From the IMG/VR virus record IMGVR_UViG_3300025679_000005: a stretch of 64,000 nucleotides of DNA, one strand, 5' to 3'. The translations under genes and the position numbers were made by a program. This stretch comes from a virus (taxonomy: Duplodnaviria > Caudoviricetes). A model generated the notes under the pieces. It made no database searches. It saw only the letters and a list, made by a program, of their open reading frames with translations, and had not been told where the DNA came from. Within the stretch, counting starts at the first letter, position 1. Each line of letters opens with the position of its first letter. Shown piece by piece: positions 19,048 through 27,283 of this stretch.

Positions 19048-21870
19048 ATGCCTGAAGACGTAGAGTTCGAAGAAATAGACAGTTCAGTGGACTTGTTCGA
19101 AGCGGCTCCACTTGCTTTGACCAGGGCGCCGACCCCTCGACAAGCCACGGTGATCGCTGGGGATCGCCTAGACGAATTCAGAGAGAGCTTGGTAGCTGAG
19201 GGCGAAACCGCTGTCGGCGATTTGACCAAGCCGTGGATGAAGTTCCACCAGTTTGTGCTCGTCAAAACGGTAGAGCAGGTGCGCCAAATAGTTGATTCTA
19301 TGCTGGAGCACGGTCGCGGGGCTATAGACTTGGAGACCGAGGGGTTGGACAACCGCATCTACTACGATGAGGAGGACAAGCCCTATACGGTGCACAAGAT
19401 CGTAGGTTTCTGCCTAGGTTACAAGGGAATAGGGCACTACATCCCCGTTCGACATAAGTTCGACACGTTCTACGGAGAGAAGGACCCGAATGTGCCGTCC
19501 GCAGGAGTGGAGTCGGAAATACGACGCCTTTGCCTGGCCTCTCAGCCTGTCTTGACTGAGGAGGGCCTTCAAGAAGACACTCTGGCTTCGCCCAAAATAG
19601 CAGTACCTCCTAAGGTCGTGCTGTACTTCTGGCACGCCAAGTTTGACCAGGAGTTCCTATACCCCATCACGGGTATAGACTTCTGGCACCCAGCCTCGTT
19701 TGAAGACGGCATGTTGGCGGCTTATACGACTTTCTCGGATGACGATTCCTTGGGCCTCAAGGACAAGGCTTTTCAGCGTCTTCAAATAGAGGACCCTGAA
19801 CTTAAAGTCGATGGGAAGCCCGTACGGCATCCCTATGAGATGATCAAGTTCAAAGAGCTTTTCAGCAAGGGGAAGAGCAACAAGGACATGCACTTTGCCG
19901 ACCTCTATCCAGAGGAGGGGAGTGCTGTAGTTAAGTACGCCTGTTCTGACGCTATCTGTACAGAGGCTCTCTGTGAGACCAAGAAGGTCGATTGGGCGTT
20001 AACGCAACCCAATCTAAAGGTCCACTACAAGGAAGTACTCACAGCCATTACGGACAAGAAGTTCGCGTTCACCTATCGTTTGGAGAAACAAACGGCTCAG
20101 GCAACCCGAGTCATGGAGCGCCCTAGGGTCAAGATCGACAAGAAGGAGATCGTCGCCCTGTTGGCTAGGGCTGAGGCAGAACGGGACAAGTACTCGGCTC
20201 TGATCACTAGTATGGCCGAAAAAAGAGGCCTTGAGAACTTCAATGTAGGCAGCACCAAACAGCTATCTGACTTCCTGTTCACAAGTAAAGGTCTGGACAT
20301 CAGTCCTAAGCCCGAGCAGAACGCCGCCTCAGGGCAGTACAAGACGGATGCCGCGACGCTTGAGAAGATGTCCGAGAATCCGGACGCTCAGGAGGTCCTA
20401 GTTTGGATCGTCAAATATCGCCAGATCGACAAGATCATTGGGACATACCTGACTAGCATGTCCACGAACTGCGACGCCAACGACGAGCTACGGTTCGGGT
20501 TCAATCAGACAGGCGCTGCGACCGGTCGCTTTACAGCTTCGGCGGGTATGCCAGATCACGGCTACTCGGGTATCCCCATTCACGGGATCCCTGCTAGGAG
20601 CGACCCTAAGAAGCCGGAGGTTGCCCATTCCCTGCGTCGAGCCTTCGTAGCTAGAAAAGGGTATACCTTGGTCAAGGTCGACTACGCCGGCCAGGAACTA
20701 CGTGTTGTCGCCAACCTTTCCGGTGAGAAGGTGTGGATCGACGAGTTCCTTAACGGAACAGGAGACCTACACACTATCACGGCCAAGGCCTTCTTCGGAC
20801 AGCACATCACTAAAGAGGATAAAGTCGAACGTACTGCGGGGAAAACCGCGAACTTCGCTCTAATCTATGGTGGCGGACCTCAAGCTATCATGCGGGCAAC
20901 TGGGTGTGACAAAGTCGAGGGGACTAGACGTAAGGCCAACTTTGACAAGAGCGTACCAACGTTCGCTGGTTGGGTGAAGACTCAGCATGCCAATGTGAAA
21001 AAGACCAAGGGTGTCTTCACGGCTTTCGGTCGATTCATTGCCATTCCCGACGCTAATGTGAAGGCAGGAGACCTTGATAACAAGGGGAATCCTATCATTG
21101 AGGCCGACGCCCGTAAGATTGGGGCGGCTTGTGAGCGGAAGTCCACTAATTTCCCGATCCAAGGTTCGGGAGCAGATATCATGAAGATATCCATGGTCAA
21201 GCTTGTGAAGGAGTTCACAAAGTTTGGCTGGCTACGTCATGGTGGGGACGATTCTGTTCGGATGCTCCTCACGGTCCACGATGAAATCGTGTTCGAGGTC
21301 AAGCATGAGCGCCTTGCTCAGGCCATGCCCGTCATTATCGCTACCATGGAATTCCCTTCTAAGATGGCGAAATGGCGGGTCCCGCTAATTGTAGAACCCC
21401 TCATCAGCCAGACCTGGGAAGCTAAGCTTGATTGGCACGAAGTCATGGCCGGCAAGAAAGCGGACGGAACCCCTGTGCCGGTGCCTAAGTGGCTCGAAGG
21501 CACCCTCAAGCCTGGAGAGGAGCACGATACTCCAGAGGCAGTACCCCCTCATCAGGTGACCCCTCTAACGGTATCTACTATCGTTCCCTCGGGGCCTGTC
21601 AATCCGACTAAGGGAACCCTTCCAACTTACATCTTCGCTTTGAACGATACCTACTTGACCCGTCGGTCGGTCGATCTGGTTTTTGAAGCCCTAGCGGCCT
21701 CTATCGACCCTGACAGCAGGGTGTTTCTGTGCCTCAAGGATAGTCAGCACAATATCTTGATTGACCCGACAAAGAGGAAAATACCAATAAATCCACAGAC
21801 TTTCTCTATGAAGCTGCGGGACAAGAACCTGGGGTCGGGGGATCATATGTACAAAGAAGATCCTTTATGA
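19048..21870 (+). CDS. polA: Family A DNA polymerase with 3'-5' exonuclease and no 5' nuclease domain
   Basis: Exo IDLET, HAKFD, YACSD; polymerase TGRF, motif A DYAGQELR, motif B KTANFALIYG, IQGSGAD, motif C VHDE. Confidence 0.95.
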   Translation: MPEDVEFEEIDSSVDLFEAAPLALTRAPTPRQATVIAGDRLDEFRESLVAEGETAVGDLTKPWMKFHQFVLVKTVEQVRQIVDSMLEHGRGAIDLETEGLDNRIYYDEEDKPYTVHKIVGFCLGYKGIGHYIPVRHKFDTFYGEKDPNVPSAGVESEIRRLCLASQPVLTEEGLQEDTLASPKIAVPPKVVLYFWHAKFDQEFLYPITGIDFWHPASFEDGMLAAYTTFSDDDSLGLKDKAFQRLQIEDPELKVDGKPVRHPYEMIKFKELFSKGKSNKDMHFADLYPEEGSAVVKYACSDAICTEALCETKKVDWALTQPNLKVHYKEVLTAITDKKFAFTYRLEKQTAQATRVMERPRVKIDKKEIVALLARAEAERDKYSALITSMAEKRGLENFNVGSTKQLSDFLFTSKGLDISPKPEQNAASGQYKTDAATLEKMSENPDAQEVLVWIVKYRQIDKIIGTYLTSMSTNCDANDELRFGFNQTGAATGRFTASAGMPDHGYSGIPIHGIPARSDPKKPEVAHSLRRAFVARKGYTLVKVDYAGQELRVVANLSGEKVWIDEFLNGTGDLHTITAKAFFGQHITKEDKVERTAGKTANFALIYGGGPQAIMRATGCDKVEGTRRKANFDKSVPTFAGWVKTQHANVKKTKGVFTAFGRFIAIPDANVKAGDLDNKGNPIIEADARKIGAACERKSTNFPIQGSGADIMKISMVKLVKEFTKFGWLRHGGDDSVRMLLTVHDEIVFEVKHERLAQAMPVIIATMEFPSKMAKWRVPLIVEPLISQTWEAKLDWHEVMAGKKADGTPVPVPKWLEGTLKPGEEHDTPEAVPPHQVTPLTVSTIVPSGPVNPTKGTLPTYIFALNDTYLTRRSVDLVFEALAASIDPDSRVFLCLKDSQHNILIDPTKRKIPINPQTFSMKLRDKNLGSGDHMYKEDPL

Positions 21871-21891
21871 TCCTCCTATTAGAGGCCGAAC

Positions 21892-22533
21892 ATGCCTAGC
21901 CAACCCCCGCGTCGAGATCTTCTCCAAGAATGCGATGAGAAGAAGGTGCCCCTGCAAGAGATCTTGCAGGGGTGGTGCCCTAGGTGTGTGAATCCTGGGT
22001 GTACCCGTAGTCAATGGGGGAAGAGCAAGTTTGAGGACAGGGTCATCCATTGGGAAGACCGCCTGTTCTTGAATCCTGCCAAGCTGGATCCGACCGACCC
22101 TCGATTCAGTCTCATTTCTGCGAAGAATTTCTTGACAATCGCTCCTGGGACCCCAGGGTCTCCGACCTCGGATTGGATAGACCCCAGGCAGACCCGTGCT
22201 GAACCCGTAATGGTGCAGGTGCCGGTAACAGTGATGCCAGTCCCGACGCCTTACACCCCGCCTGTGGTCGTGGTGGAGGCGCCTAAGGCAGCAGAAGTCG
22301 AGGCGCAGGCTCCTACAGTCCTTGCTCCCGAGCCTGTAGTTGTGGTACAAAAGGCGCCGGTCACCCTACCTGCGCTCCAAAATACGGTAGTCAGACCTCA
22401 ACAAATGATCGACGGTGGGCTCAGGTCGAGTCAAACTTCGGTGTTAGATCCCTGGGCACCAAAGCCTTCACTGAGCCCTAGCGGCGAACGGGTCGTAACA
22501 CCTGGCGCCAAAATCAAGCTCGGCGGAGGCTGA
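21892..22533 (+). CDS. Hypothetical protein (N-terminal Cys cluster, Pro/Val-rich middle)
   Basis: 213-aa ORF preceded by GAGG; WCPRCVNPGC. Confidence 0.55.
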   Translation: MPSQPPRRDLLQECDEKKVPLQEILQGWCPRCVNPGCTRSQWGKSKFEDRVIHWEDRLFLNPAKLDPTDPRFSLISAKNFLTIAPGTPGSPTSDWIDPRQTRAEPVMVQVPVTVMPVPTPYTPPVVVVEAPKAAEVEAQAPTVLAPEPVVVVQKAPVTLPALQNTVVRPQQMIDGGLRSSQTSVLDPWAPKPSLSPSGERVVTPGAKIKLGGG

Positions 22534-22578
22534 CTCAGCCGGTGTATGAACCGTAGTTACCCCTAAGGAGATGAGCCC

Positions 22579-22743
22579 ATGAAATTCGAAGTCTTGATTT
22601 ACCCCGACGGCAAGCGCACCCACGAAGTGATCGAACGTACGGAGGGTGAGAACTGCGAGAAGATTCTCCAGTTCAACGCCGGCACGATGGTGTCCGATGA
22701 ACGGACCGGCCCCGACTGCGATAAAGTCGAAGAAACCAACTGA
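22579..22743 (+). CDS. DUF2997-like small protein (missing from the ORF track)
   Basis: 54 aa MKFEVLIYPDGKRTHEVIERTEGENCEK...; TAAGGAG upstream; neighbours DUF1257 and a Ycf46-like AAA. Confidence 0.7.
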   Translation: MKFEVLIYPDGKRTHEVIERTEGENCEKILQFNAGTMVSDERTGPDCDKVEETN

Positions 22744-22785
22744 TTCTCAAAGAAACAAAGAAACAAGGAAACGAAAGGAATAATC

Positions 22786-23109
22786 ATGTCGCACAAAGTG
22801 ACTTTCAAGTCAGAGTTCAAGGATGCGGAGTTGGTCAAAAATGCCCTCACCGCCAAGAAGTACACGTTCAACCAAACGGGCAACGTGTTCGCAATCACCA
22901 GTGGCCCGTTCAACCGCGCCACGCTCGACGCCAACACGGGCGAGCTGACTGGTGATACGGACTACCATCGCAAGGATGAGCTAGGCGCATTCCGTCAAGC
23001 ATACTCGGAAGCTGAGTTCCGTCGCCAAGCGGCCATCGAGGGTCTCACCATCGAAAGTCGTACGGAAACCAACGGCATCGTTCGTATGCTTTGCTCTTCG
23101 TACGGCTGA
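22786..23109 (+). CDS. DUF1257 (Ycf35-like) protein
   Basis: MSH..FKSEFKD.ELVKNAL start and QAYSEA near the C-terminus; gene context. Confidence 0.7.
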   Translation: MSHKVTFKSEFKDAELVKNALTAKKYTFNQTGNVFAITSGPFNRATLDANTGELTGDTDYHRKDELGAFRQAYSEAEFRRQAAIEGLTIESRTETNGIVRMLCSSYG

Positions 23110-23127
23110 TCTCTAGCTCTGGTCGTT

Positions 23128-23170
23128 AAACGGGCCCTGTCCTTTTTAGGATTAGGGCCCGTTTCTTTTC
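23128..23170 (+). terminator. Intrinsic terminator-like hairpin
   Basis: AAACGGGCCCT/AGGGCCCGTTT 11-bp stem followed by CTTTTC. Confidence 0.65.
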
Positions 23171-23199
23171 CATGTCCCGGTGTAAAGCAGAGCACGATC

Positions 23200-24768
23200 A
23201 TGAACGAAGAACTCAAATTCCACCTAAGGTCCCTCACTCGGTTCATCTACTTCGTCACGGAGGAAGAAGACCGCTTCTTGCTGGATATCGAGAAGACCCT
23301 GGGTCCGCTTAAGAAGGCCGCCACCTTCGTCTACAATGCGGCCTTTGGGCTGCAAGCCCTCAAGGGTCTAGCTGATGATTGGAAGTCCCGAGAGCACAAG
23401 GTCGACACCAACACCACGAATATCAACGAAGCCCTCATCAAGGTATACAAGGACGACCCCAGAGAGCTTCAGTTTTACTACGTCATTACGGATCCTGATC
23501 GGTATCTGACGGATCCCCATGTCGTGCGGCGCCTGCTCAATATCGCCCACCAGCTCCACAACAATAACGAGATCATCAAGGTCATCATCTTCGCTGGTCC
23601 CCGCCTCGTAATCCCGCAGAAGTTGCAGAGGTACATCGAAGTCGTTCACGATAAGGGTCTGACTGACGATCAGCTCCAAGACACTGTCTCTGAGATCTGT
23701 AAGCAGCTGACCATCGCCCCCACAGCGAATATCGCGAAGACCTTCAAGGGATTGAATTCCTGGGAAGTTGACGCAGCCATTGCTCAGAGTGTCATCCTCA
23801 ACCGTGTTCCCGGCAATAGCGAGAAGCGTATTGATGCCAAGCACATCGCTGAATTCAAGCGACGCCAGCTCAAGAAGACCGACCTCGTCAGCTACATCGA
23901 TACCAGCGAGTGGGGCTTCGACAGGGTCGGAGGAGCCGATCGGTTCAAAGCTTGGGCCAACAAGACCAAAGCTGCTTGGACTGATGCTGGGCAGAAGTTT
24001 GGCCTGGTGCCACCCAAGGGAGTCCTCCTGGCAGGGCTCTGGGGTTGTGGCAAAAGCATCTCGGTGAAAGCTCTTGGCAATGCCTGGAAGCTCCCAGTGG
24101 TTCAGCTAGAAATGGGCAAACTTCGTTCAAGTGGCGTCGGTGATTCCGAGGCCAACACCTATCGAGTACTCAATCTGATTGAGTCGGTGGCCCCTTGCAT
24201 CCTCTGGATTGATGAGGCTGAGAAGTCCCTGTCAGGCAGCGCTTCTTCGTCCCACAGCGATTCTGGAACGACCTCCCGCATGATCGGTATTCTCTCCACG
24301 TGGATGCAGGAGACGAAGGCCAGGGTCTGTACGGCCATGACCGCCAACACCCTGAAGAATCTGCCGACAGAATTCGTCAACCGCATGAACGAGCGCTTCT
24401 TCTTCGACCTCCCGGCCGAGGAGGAGCGCGTCGATATCCTCAAGATCCACCTGAAGGCCAAAGGTCAAGACCCCACCAGGTACAATCTGGCCAGCCTCTC
24501 GGAAGCCGCCAAGAACATGGTGGGTCGTGAGATCGAGCAGGCCATCGAAGCGGCAATGACGGAGTCCTTTGACGCCAACAAGGAGGGTCTGGACGGGGAG
24601 ATCCTGGAGAATGAACTCCAGCAGAAGCCCCGCATCTTCAAGACCATGAGTGACGAGATCCGGGAACTCACGGATTGGGTTGGCTACGATGACGAGGTAA
24701 ACGACGGAATCCGTGCTAGGTTTGCGTCCTCCGAACGGATTTCCCTATACCGCCAAAACAAAGCCTGA
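23200..24768 (+). CDS. Ycf46-like AAA+ ATPase
   Basis: PKGVLLAGLWGCGKS, Walker B LWIDEAEK, TAN, FFFDLP; inactive N-terminal AAA-like domain. Confidence 0.85.
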   Translation: MNEELKFHLRSLTRFIYFVTEEEDRFLLDIEKTLGPLKKAATFVYNAAFGLQALKGLADDWKSREHKVDTNTTNINEALIKVYKDDPRELQFYYVITDPDRYLTDPHVVRRLLNIAHQLHNNNEIIKVIIFAGPRLVIPQKLQRYIEVVHDKGLTDDQLQDTVSEICKQLTIAPTANIAKTFKGLNSWEVDAAIAQSVILNRVPGNSEKRIDAKHIAEFKRRQLKKTDLVSYIDTSEWGFDRVGGADRFKAWANKTKAAWTDAGQKFGLVPPKGVLLAGLWGCGKSISVKALGNAWKLPVVQLEMGKLRSSGVGDSEANTYRVLNLIESVAPCILWIDEAEKSLSGSASSSHSDSGTTSRMIGILSTWMQETKARVCTAMTANTLKNLPTEFVNRMNERFFFDLPAEEERVDILKIHLKAKGQDPTRYNLASLSEAAKNMVGREIEQAIEAAMTESFDANKEGLDGEILENELQQKPRIFKTMSDEIRELTDWVGYDDEVNDGIRARFASSERISLYRQNKA

Positions 24769-24803
24769 TGCCTCTGAGTATTCAGAGGTGAATTGAAATA
24801 AAT

Positions 24804-25979
24804 ATGCCCGACGAACTCGTAACGACCGAACACCCCCACTCGGGTTTGGTTCAACGACTGAATCCACAGGTACTGTCCAAGGCCAATCCGGAGGTTGTAG
24901 ACCTCCTTCAAGCCCGAGCAGACGTTCAAAGGGTGGAATCCCTCAAGGAGATTTTCCGAAAGTCCGTGACTGAGCAGTGGCCGGATGGTCGCCTTGAATC
25001 CGAGGTGACCGCCGGCCTGCGTCAGATCTGGCCTCACGGGGATCCTACGGAAGCGGCTCAGTTCCTAGCTGACGAGTACCGCCAGCTAGGAGAGGGCATT
25101 CACCTAGTTTCCACAGAGACCGGTCGGGTGACCCTTGTCCTGACTGAGGCGGACATCCATCAGCCGGCACCAGTTCCCAGGGAGGGCGGCGGCATGGCCA
25201 CTCCACTCCCCATCATCCGGCCGGATCTGTCGGCGGCATTGGTGACTTGGAACTACACCAATGCCAGGGAAGCTCAAGTACTGGAGGTGTTGGCTGCCAG
25301 AGGGCACCAAACAGAGCTTCTACGGGAATTGGGCGATCCCCGGCTCCTGGTTGCCTCCAGGGCGGGCCGCAAACACATAGTCGAGTCCTTGGCTCAGATA
25401 CCCCCCAAGGCCCTCTTGGAGTCAGCTGGCGGCACCTCGGCCGCGTTCCTTAAGTTCTTCCAGCTAGTGGACGAGCCTTTGACAGAGGTCCCGGCTGGTC
25501 ATGCCCACTTGAAAGGAGCAACCTCCGCCAAATCGACCATGGGTATCCAGGACATGCTGACCACGAACCTGTCTTACAACCGCCCTAGGGTTCTCCAGGG
25601 TGCCGTGACTCAGGGGTGGATCCGGGATATGGCCAAAGCTGTTTCTCAGTTCGCATACGCGCCCACGGCCGAAGAGGCTGAGCTAGATGACATTGTGTCA
25701 TTGCCCGCACAGTTTTGGATTCTACCCCCACAGCTGACGCGCCCTTTCATGCACATTGACCGAAAGATAACTGTCCTACCTGTAGATGACGCCCACCCAA
25801 TGGGATTGGCTGGCTCTGCCGGTTACATCTACGTGCCTTCCCAGTTTCAGGCAAAGAGTAGGGAATTCTTCAGCCGCTGGGAAACAGTAGCTAACCTCGA
25901 ATTCCAGATCTGGCTCCGTCTAGACGCCCTCCGACCCCTGACAATTACAGGTCAGGCTCACGAAGCCCAAGTGGTCTGA
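24804..25979 (+). CDS. Hypothetical protein
   Basis: 391-aa ORF with no motif recognised. Confidence 0.6.
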   Translation: MPDELVTTEHPHSGLVQRLNPQVLSKANPEVVDLLQARADVQRVESLKEIFRKSVTEQWPDGRLESEVTAGLRQIWPHGDPTEAAQFLADEYRQLGEGIHLVSTETGRVTLVLTEADIHQPAPVPREGGGMATPLPIIRPDLSAALVTWNYTNAREAQVLEVLAARGHQTELLRELGDPRLLVASRAGRKHIVESLAQIPPKALLESAGGTSAAFLKFFQLVDEPLTEVPAGHAHLKGATSAKSTMGIQDMLTTNLSYNRPRVLQGAVTQGWIRDMAKAVSQFAYAPTAEEAELDDIVSLPAQFWILPPQLTRPFMHIDRKITVLPVDDAHPMGLAGSAGYIYVPSQFQAKSREFFSRWETVANLEFQIWLRLDALRPLTITGQAHEAQVV

Positions 25980-26007
25980 CCGTTCCTTTGATTGAATCTC
26001 ACAGGGG

Positions 26008-26274
26008 ATGGCCCTGTATAGCTTCATCGTCATAGCCCAGAAGCCTAGCGGCATTGTTGATCCCATGGTCATGCTCGACAAGGGCTTGAATGTGTTCACT
26101 GCTGAGATTCCAGACCTCGACGGCTTCCTGATCCAACTCAAGGATGAGGGCGTAGTCGTCAAAACAATGAATCGCCTCGATGACTTCGAAGCGGGCGATT
26201 CAAGTGATCTTCAATTACCGGGTGAAGACCTCTTCGCCCTGAATGGGAGTTTTGATGGCGAAGTCGAGACATGA
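26008..26274 (+). CDS. Small acidic hypothetical protein
   Basis: 88-aa ORF preceded by AGGGG. Confidence 0.5.
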   Translation: MALYSFIVIAQKPSGIVDPMVMLDKGLNVFTAEIPDLDGFLIQLKDEGVVVKTMNRLDDFEAGDSSDLQLPGEDLFALNGSFDGEVET

Positions 26275-26536
26275 TTCTGCACCTCCTAGGCAGAAACTAG
26301 AAAAAGAGGACGCCAAGGCGGAGATCCTTATCCTATTCAACCGCAGTATGCGCCCTCTGCTCATTGGGACAGCAGCTCTTCATCTAGGAAGCTTCTGGTC
26401 TATCGACAAGACAGAGGCGCTCTTCCACGAACTTGTGGGAGAGGGCGAAATACGAGAACTGAATTCGACCGAACGGCAATCCCACGACGTGACCCACGGC
26501 TATGTGCTCGTGAAGCGTTTCAGGATGCCAACGTGA
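26243..26536 (+). CDS. Small hypothetical protein
   Basis: 97-aa ORF overlapping its neighbours. Confidence 0.45.
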   Translation: MGVLMAKSRHDSAPPRQKLEKEDAKAEILILFNRSMRPLLIGTAALHLGSFWSIDKTEALFHELVGEGEIRELNSTERQSHDVTHGYVLVKRFRMPT

Positions 26537-26697
26537 ACGGCAAGTTCAAGACAGAGCCACCGACAATTCCCTTCAGCAAAGAGCACCGAGCCGCAAAGCT
26601 TGTGAAGAATTGGGCGGCCTGCTCTACGGAGAGCCAGAAGCTGATTGAGCAAATGGCCGCTCGCCTAGCGTTGTTGGGACCCAAAGAGGCCAAGTAA
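26533..26697 (+). CDS. Small hypothetical protein (missing from the ORF track)
   Basis: GTGA overlap; 54 aa (M)NGKFKTEPPTIPFSKEHRAAKLVKNW...; fills the gap before the macrodomain gene. Confidence 0.45.
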   Translation: MNGKFKTEPPTIPFSKEHRAAKLVKNWAACSTESQKLIEQMAARLALLGPKEAK

Positions 26698-26713
26698 CGG
26701 TGTAAGGGCTGAG

Positions 26714-27175
26714 ATGCCCATTACGTACTTGAAGGGCGACGCTACTCGCCCGAAAATAGGTGGCCCCACGGTGATCGCACAGGTGGTCAACACGTCGGGA
26801 GGTTGGGGTCGCGGCTTCGTCCTCGCTGTCTCCGAACGCTGGGAGGAGCCCGAATATGCTTACCGTCGATGGTACGCCTCCAAAGTCGGTTTCGAACTAG
26901 GGGCGATCCAGGTCGTAGAAGTCGAGCCCGAACTATGGGTGTGCAACATGCTCGCTCAGCAGGGCTACTTGACCACCAAGAAGAATGGCCCGCCAATTCG
27001 TTACGAGGCGCTCAGGAAGTGCCTCGTACAGCTCAACGAGAAAGCTATTGAACTAGGCGCTAGTATTTGCCTTCCTAGGATCGGCTGTGGCCTCGCAGGT
27101 GGGTCGTGGAATGTGATCGGCCCAATGGTCGAGGAAACGCTGGCTTCGAGGCCGGTTTACGTCTACGACCTATGA
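26714..27175 (+). CDS. Macrodomain protein (Poa1/TARG1-like ADP-ribose-processing class)
   Basis: ITYLKGDAT, VVNTSGGWGRGF, LPRIGCGLAGGSW. Confidence 0.9.
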   Translation: MPITYLKGDATRPKIGGPTVIAQVVNTSGGWGRGFVLAVSERWEEPEYAYRRWYASKVGFELGAIQVVEVEPELWVCNMLAQQGYLTTKKNGPPIRYEALRKCLVQLNEKAIELGASICLPRIGCGLAGGSWNVIGPMVEETLASRPVYVYDL

Positions 27176-27283
27176 CATATCCTGACCCACCTGTCTCTGA
27201 CGGTTGGTGTAGTATGTGGTGCACGATGACAGCACACCCCATCGTTCGTCTGTGTGTGCAGTGATCCGCCAAAGGAGAAACCC

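Noticed and set aside
24804-25979. Possible degenerate capsid-protein paralog
   Set aside because: Only a vague resemblance in the C-terminal beta-rich part and no diagnostic motif; left as hypothetical
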